Positions 57,598-64,000 of a stretch of DNA of 64,000 bases are shown here, one piece after another. Made by a program: the position numbers and the translations under genes. Position 1 is the stretch's first letter. Each line of letters opens with the position of its first letter. This DNA comes from Haplodiscus bocki (Eukaryota). The notes under the pieces were generated by a model. The model saw nothing but the letters and a program-made list of their open reading frames with translations. It ran no database searches and had not been told where the DNA came from. Location: positions 55,552,001 to 55,616,000 of the forward strand of contig OZ296652.1 of assembly GCA_965655095.1 (NCBI GenBank), read 5' to 3'.

Positions 57598-60500
57598 AGG
57601 CGCAACCTCAACTTACGTTTAATCCGTTTTCTGGTTCAGAAAAAGAAAATTTTCGTGAATTTGAACTCCCCGTCGAATTATTTTGGCGGTAGCTGCGCTT
57701 CCAGCCAATCAGCAAGCGAAATTTTTACAATTGCATCTCCGAGATGCCGCCTTACGATTTTTTCAAACCTTGCTTCTGGCAACATGTCAAAATTTGGAAC
57801 TCTCAATAACAGCTTTTCGGGATCGGTTTTGTATTGCTCAATTAGAAGAACCTGATGTCCTCAAACTCGAAAATATGAAATTTGAATCAAAAACAGACAC
57901 GCCTGAAAATTTTTTTGGTCACGTTACAAACAAAAGCAACGGAAGGCTATCTGGATCCAGATCCTCCAGCTGTTGCTCCAATTGATCCGCATTCAGCAGA
58001 TGCTGCTGTTGAACAAACTCGGTTTGACCAAGATGCAGCGCGTCGCACAGAAATAGTACGTTCTGCTCAAGAAGCACGTTCAGTTCAAATTAGACGTCAA
58101 TTTATCAAAAATATGCCTGGATGGCTACGTGCAAAGTCGCCCGAGCAACCCGAAAATACTACAGTAGAAGATTTATGTATTTTTGCGCGAAAACAATTGT
58201 CAATTCATAATCTTTGAAAAACAGACGATACTGTCATGGACCCATTTAGCGAAATGGGACCTTCGGTTACAGATACATTTGTTAGCGCTTTAACAAAAAT
58301 GAGTTTTAGTTAAGAAGCAATGGACATTAGACTGAACGAACTGTCAAAAAATTTCGACAAGCAAAACGCTACCTTAACGAACCATATTAGCAATTTCCAG
58401 AAAAATCAATCGCAACAGCCACAGAGAGGCTCTTTTTCGCAAAACTCTGGTCAAAACTCAAATTTTCCCAGAAGTAAAAATCGCGGAAGCTTTAGAGGCC
58501 AATTCTGAGGTACTACTCGAAGATTCAGAGGACCTCGACTAAACTAGCAACGACCTCATTGGCTGAATCAGAAACAAAGTTCATAAACGTCACGACAACA
58601 ATCATATCAAAACAATTTGCAGCAAAAATTAAATTCCTTTTTCAGCCGCAATTTCAGTATTTTGAAAAACAAAACTCACAGCCTCAGAATTCAACTTTTC
58701 AATCGCAACCATCGTTCGAAGTCTTCACTCCAGATCCTAATTACATGCCTTATACACAACAAACTCAGATTACTTGCCATAAACCACTTAGCGACAAATT
58801 GTATGGTACGAAAAAATCCTCCGCGTCGTGGAGCACAAAATTCTTTTAATCAAAATCCAAAACAACTAATTACGCAGCATAAGGATCAAAAGCCCAAACA
58901 TGTAAAGAAAGTCCAATTGCAAGAGCGAGACACATGTAATAATTTTTCACACATAGATTCACCGGAAATGTGTGCCGTTCTTCCTTTAGAGGGAGAAAAC
59001 TTCTCCTATGTTCGTATGAAAATTTCTAATCAAGTCAAACGAAGAGCCTTAATTGATACAGGCTCTTGTGCTAGCGCTTTACCTGAATCTTTATATATTG
59101 ATCCTAACTTAACTAATCCTAAATCTTTAACTTTAGAAAAACCTTTCCTTAGTTCTGTTAGAATGGCCTCAAAGAGTTCCGGTGGATAAACAAGCAAACG
59201 TTTCATTCCAGATCGGAACTCACTATTTCCAAGACAGTTTTTCGATTTTACCGACTATGAATTGCGGTATTCTTGGAAACCCTTTTATCAAAAAACATAA
59301 TATTTCAATCGATCCAAAAAGTACTTTGTTACAATTACCAGATCTAACAGTACAATTAAATCAAATCTCGCCTGAGAAAGGTAAAGAACGTTTTTACACG
59401 AAAAAATTACCAAAAATTCCTCTGATCTTGACCAAGAACATACAAATAGCGCCTCAGTGACAAGTGCTTTTAGAATGTAGTTTTGCGAATTTATCTGACC
59501 AGTATCAATCTTGTACTGGACTAGTTATTCCTAGCGACCGCCTCGAAGATAAATGCAGTATTTCCCTTACTTCGTCTCTGAACAAAATTGATGATACTGG
59601 TAAAGTCTTTGTTTCAGCCATGAATCTTTCTAATAATCAAATTACGTTAAATAACCAAACCGAAATAGCGCATTTCAAATTTTTGAACGAAGCACAGGCT
59701 GATAACCCGATTGAAAATCACCCTCAATTGATTTCATTACCAAAAATGCGTAATCTGGATGTGTTTGAAGACGAACTGAATCAGTTGATTCAAGATTCTT
59801 ATTTTAAGAAAATTTGACAAACCAACAGGTCGCCCACCTCCGGATTACTCGAGACTCTGGTTTCCAAATCCCGAGACCTACAATGATTTCTCTAACCTGA
59901 CGCCTCTCCAAAGAGAAATTTATGATCAAATTTTGCAACTTCAGAGACAGGAATAAATGGATCCTAAAAATAATGAAGCCGATAAACTGGAATTTTTGAA
60001 ACATTTTTCATGGGCCACTCGTGTCCTAAATGCTGACCAAAAAAAGCAACTTGAGGAATTTCTGGTTGAAAACGACGATGTCTTTCCCAAACATCGCTTT
60101 GATGTTGGTTATAACACAGAGCTAAAGATCAAACAAACACCCCAACACCCACCTCCAGTGTATGTTCAATGTCCACCAGCTCCAAATCACCTACGTGATG
60201 AAATTTTTGGTTGAGTTGGCTTTTTTGCAATATCGTAACAATATAACAACGCTCTCACATTCCAAATACAGTAGTCCGATATTTGTTCATCGCAAATCAT
60301 ATGGTAAACTGAGTATTCTTATTGAATTACGCCGCGTGAATCATCTCCTACGCCATGAGTTTTCAAATAGTAACTTTCCCATTTCAAGTATGACGGATGC
60401 CACAAATAGCTTCGCCGGGAAAAAATTGTTTTGTAAACTAAATTGTTCACAAGCATACCATTGTGTTCAAATGGCAGATGACTTTTCAGTCCAGATTTCG

Positions 60501-63500
60501 GCATTTACCTTCGCATATCAAACATTCGCCTACAATTGCCTAGACCAAGGCTCGAATAAATCTGTCACGGCCTTTATTTCATTTGTCAAGCACTATATTG
60601 ACCCCCGCCTAGCCGCAAATGTTTGTACAGAACTCATGGATGATATTGCTGCTGGAGAGCATATTTTTGATGAAATTATTCCAGCACTGAGGAAAACTTT
60701 TGATTGTTTGAGAGAATCGGGTTTGAAACCTTCAGCGCATGTGAATTTGGAACGACAAAAATTGACTTCATGGGTAATACAATTACTCCGAAAGGAATAT
60801 CACACGAAAGTGCAAAAATTGAGAATTTTTTGGGACAAATTAGAATGCCAAACACAGTGAAACAAGTGAAACACTTAATTGGCTGTGTGCAATTCTTCCG
60901 AAAGTTTTTTCCTCATCTTGGACAAAAACTTTTGCCATTTTACAAACTTTTAGGCATAGAAAACGTTTTTACAGCTACGAATGATCATCATGAACATTTT
61001 AACACTTTAAAAGCTGACTTAACACGTGCTACAGTTTTAACGTTACCTTTAGCTAAACCAGGCCTACAGTATGTCATCCTTTGTGATGCTAGTTTTCAAG
61101 GCACTTGATTTGTGTTAATGATTGAAGATTACTCGATTGATCAAAAAAGTAAAACAAAGAAAACTTACGCTCCAGTATCTTTTGAAAAGCGACGTTTTGC
61201 AACAACGCGATTGTAATTTTCAGTCTATTAGAAAGAATTTATAGCCCGGTATTTTGCCTTAGACCATTTTGCATACTTCATTTGGGACCCACAAGACTTG
61301 TCCTAGTTTGAGCTGACAATAGAGATCTGGCGCAATTTTTTCAGTCTAAATGCATTCATCCATCTCTATGGAATTGCCCGGACAGAGTTTTGTCTCTCAA
61401 TATTCTTCTTGCGCATATTCCCGGAAAAGCAAAATCTCCTGCTGATTTTCTGTCGCGCATGCAAACAGATCCTAACTTAACTTTACAGATACAACTTGCG
61501 GATCACGTACCTATTCGTGAAAGTGAAAAAGGAACGGAAGCAAAAGCACCAACTGTCTCTTTGTCGAACATTAATGAACTATAACCTGCAGTCGATGAGC
61601 AAATCATCACCCAATTGAAGGCACACGGCCTCTATGACCAATTTATAACAAAACAAACTAGTGACGACCCGGGTATTTATGAAACGGGCTTCTTCTCTCT
61701 TTCATCAATTCCGCAAGTAAACTTGATTGAAAGTAACGATTTTGAAGACATGTTGAGCGATTTACCGAATCGAACACAACCCCCTCGACTTATTCCAAGA
61801 ACAACAAAATGATGAAGTTATCCGAGAGGTGGCTTTATGGAAAGATCGGGGCAACCATGATGAATTGCCCAGTTTGCCGATAGCATTACGAAAGTACCAA
61901 AAACATTTTCACCGCCCAGTTGTTCAAAATGATAATTTATATCGTTTATTTTACGATGACTGTGGTAAAGTCAAATGCAAACAATTCTGTGTACCAAAAT
62001 CGTTTTGGCGTGAAGTTGTCTGCCGCCTTCAAAATTCAAAAACTGCAGGACTTTTTGGCATTGCCGAAATAGTTGAAGAATTTCGAAAAAGATTCTATTT
62101 TCCAAATTTTAGTGAATTTTTCATTTCTTCAATTAAAAACTGCCTTACTTGTTCACAGCCCAGAGGCGTGCGGTCAAACTTTTTGAAATCCCCGTTGCAA
62201 CAAGTATCGTCCCTAATTTTGTATCCTCGTGAAACACTTGAAATTACTCTTCTTGGACAACTAAAATCACCAGTTCACCGTAATATGTTGACAGCTATTG
62301 ATGTCTTTACAAAACACTTGTTCGCTGTCCCTTTGACAAATGTCAGTGCAGACACAATTGCGTGTGAACTTACATCAATCTTTTTCTGACATTGCTATTT
62401 ACCAAAAACAAGTCTTTCTGACCTGGGGGCTTCCTTTGTTTCTGAACTTTTGCATGATATATAGAAATTGCCTGAAATTCAACTAGAGCATGCCAGTTTA
62501 AAACACCCACAAACGGTGGGCGTTGGTGAACGCTCTCCTAGCAAACTTAAACGTATTCTCAAGTTGAATACTAAGGCACAATGGAACGATTGGCTTAAAT
62601 ACGTACAATTAGCTACTTATATCCATAACACGTCCTATCACTCAGCGATTGGCAGTAGTTCTATAGTTATTTTTCACGGACGTGAACCAATAAAACCCTT
62701 AGACCTCAGAATCAATAACACTTTCATTGAACGCTTTTCTCCGAATAGTGAATACGTTATCGCAATACAAGATTCACTGAACAAGAAGTTTTCTGAAATA
62801 AAATTCAAATTGACAGGAATGTACAACAAGTACCGTGCCTACTATGATTGCAAAGCGGAAACCAAGCCGTTGGCTTTCTTCTGCTACTGTCTTTTACTTA
62901 ACCCAAAACTGATTACAGTCTGATTTTACGAGTAAATCGGTGCCAATTGGACTTCGTCTCTATCGTATTGAGAAAATTTTAACAAATTCTATTTACATCG
63001 TTCCAAGTTCGCAAAGTTGCCACGAAATACGCACAATGTGTCCACAGAATTCGCTTGAGACCTGTGATTTCGCAAGGTCGCATTGATGCTCAAACGGTCA
63101 TTAATTTCAAAAATTTTCAAAGAGACTCATCGTTGGGCCACAATCGTGCTGAACCAACGTTGTTTGATGAAAGTATTCCTCCTTTGTTGGAACCTCCCAC
63201 CACAGTGGTTGCTACACAAAATGTGACGGAAGACCCGCCACCTGTAACTGTCAAAATCCGTTTTCCGATCGCTCCAGCCGCTGTACCAGTCGGACTGGCA
63301 GCTGTACCAGCTCCATTGCCTGCACGTGCTGTGGCAGCGCCCTCAGCTTTGATGGCCCCTGACACCGTAGATGTTGAAGTACCCGAGCCGCAAGTTTCAG
63401 AGCGACCTTACCTTCCTACTCAGGATGTTCGATTTTTTGATCACTCAGGTGATTTCTCTACTAATGACGCTTCATTACAACCTAGAACGTTACTGGACAC

Positions 63501-63879
63501 TCCTACTTACATGAATTCAGGCGAGCAAAATCTACCAGCCGAGTTAATACCTACTGACCGGCAACCTCCACTGCGCCCTCTTTCACGTTCGCGAACTTCC
63601 CATGCAATTAGCGGCGCTCGCTCAAACAACTCTTCGAATGACTCCTTGAGAAACCTTTCTATTGCATTTGAATTTGAGCAAGGACCATTCCTGGCACCTC
63701 AGTTCAGAGAGGCCATGCCTACTGTTGATCAAGGCACCCCCAGAGTTTCCCAAGCTCGTTTTATTCATAATGACGATAGCGATAGCTCAGTAGATACTTC
63801 GCGTGAAAATTCCTTTTACCTCCGTAATACTCATACTACTGTTACACCTGAAAGCCAACAGGCGGAGTTTTCTGATTAG
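57598..63879 (+). mobile_element. Degenerate Ty3/Gypsy LTR retrotransposon internal region (frameshifted gag-pol)
   Basis: Gag fragments 57598-58860, protease RALIDTGSCASAL (~59040), RT YSSPIFVHRK...IELRRVN...LMDDI (60162-60860), RNase H VILCDASFQG (~61070) and integrase LTAIDVFTKHLFAVPL, HPQTVGVGER (61829-62923). Order is PR-RT-RH-IN. Confidence 0.92.
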
Positions 63880-64000
63880 GACTTACCAAAATCTTATGAT
63901 CTTCGACCGAGACTACCACCGCGGGATTATCATGAGAAAGTCATTCAAAACAAAATACTGCCCAAAACATGCTGTATTCCAATTAGTGAGCCAGCTGCCT

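Overview
Eukaryotic, probably invertebrate, repeat-rich genomic DNA. Bases 1-36952 are a head-to-tail array of at least 21 units. Each unit starts GTGG and ends with a GC hairpin, GCCCTA, a short variable pyrimidine-rich segment and CTAG (CTGG once). Most units are ~1 kb and non-coding, and a few are 1.07-3.65 kb variants. One unit (20195-33920, 13.7 kb) is an apparently autonomous rolling-circle (Helitron-like) element. It encodes a 2238-aa HUH-Rep/PIF1 helicase, probably spliced to an SLX1-like GIY-YIG domain, plus an unknown ~360-aa Cys-cluster protein. The termini are not the canonical Helitron TC...CTRR. They read GT...(Y)nCTAG like a spliceosomal intron, and the last CTAG abuts a 31-nt segment that splices in frame into the L-motif of a GT29 sialyltransferase. 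The main hypothesis is a self-targeting rolling-circle transposon family that builds a giant intron made of AG|GT recursive-splice-like junctions and has a covarying terminal secondary structure. The rest of the window (38-64 kb) holds decayed BEL/Pao, LINE and Ty3/Gypsy retroelements and a 172-nt assembly gap. All calls come from reading motifs by eye; no searches were run.
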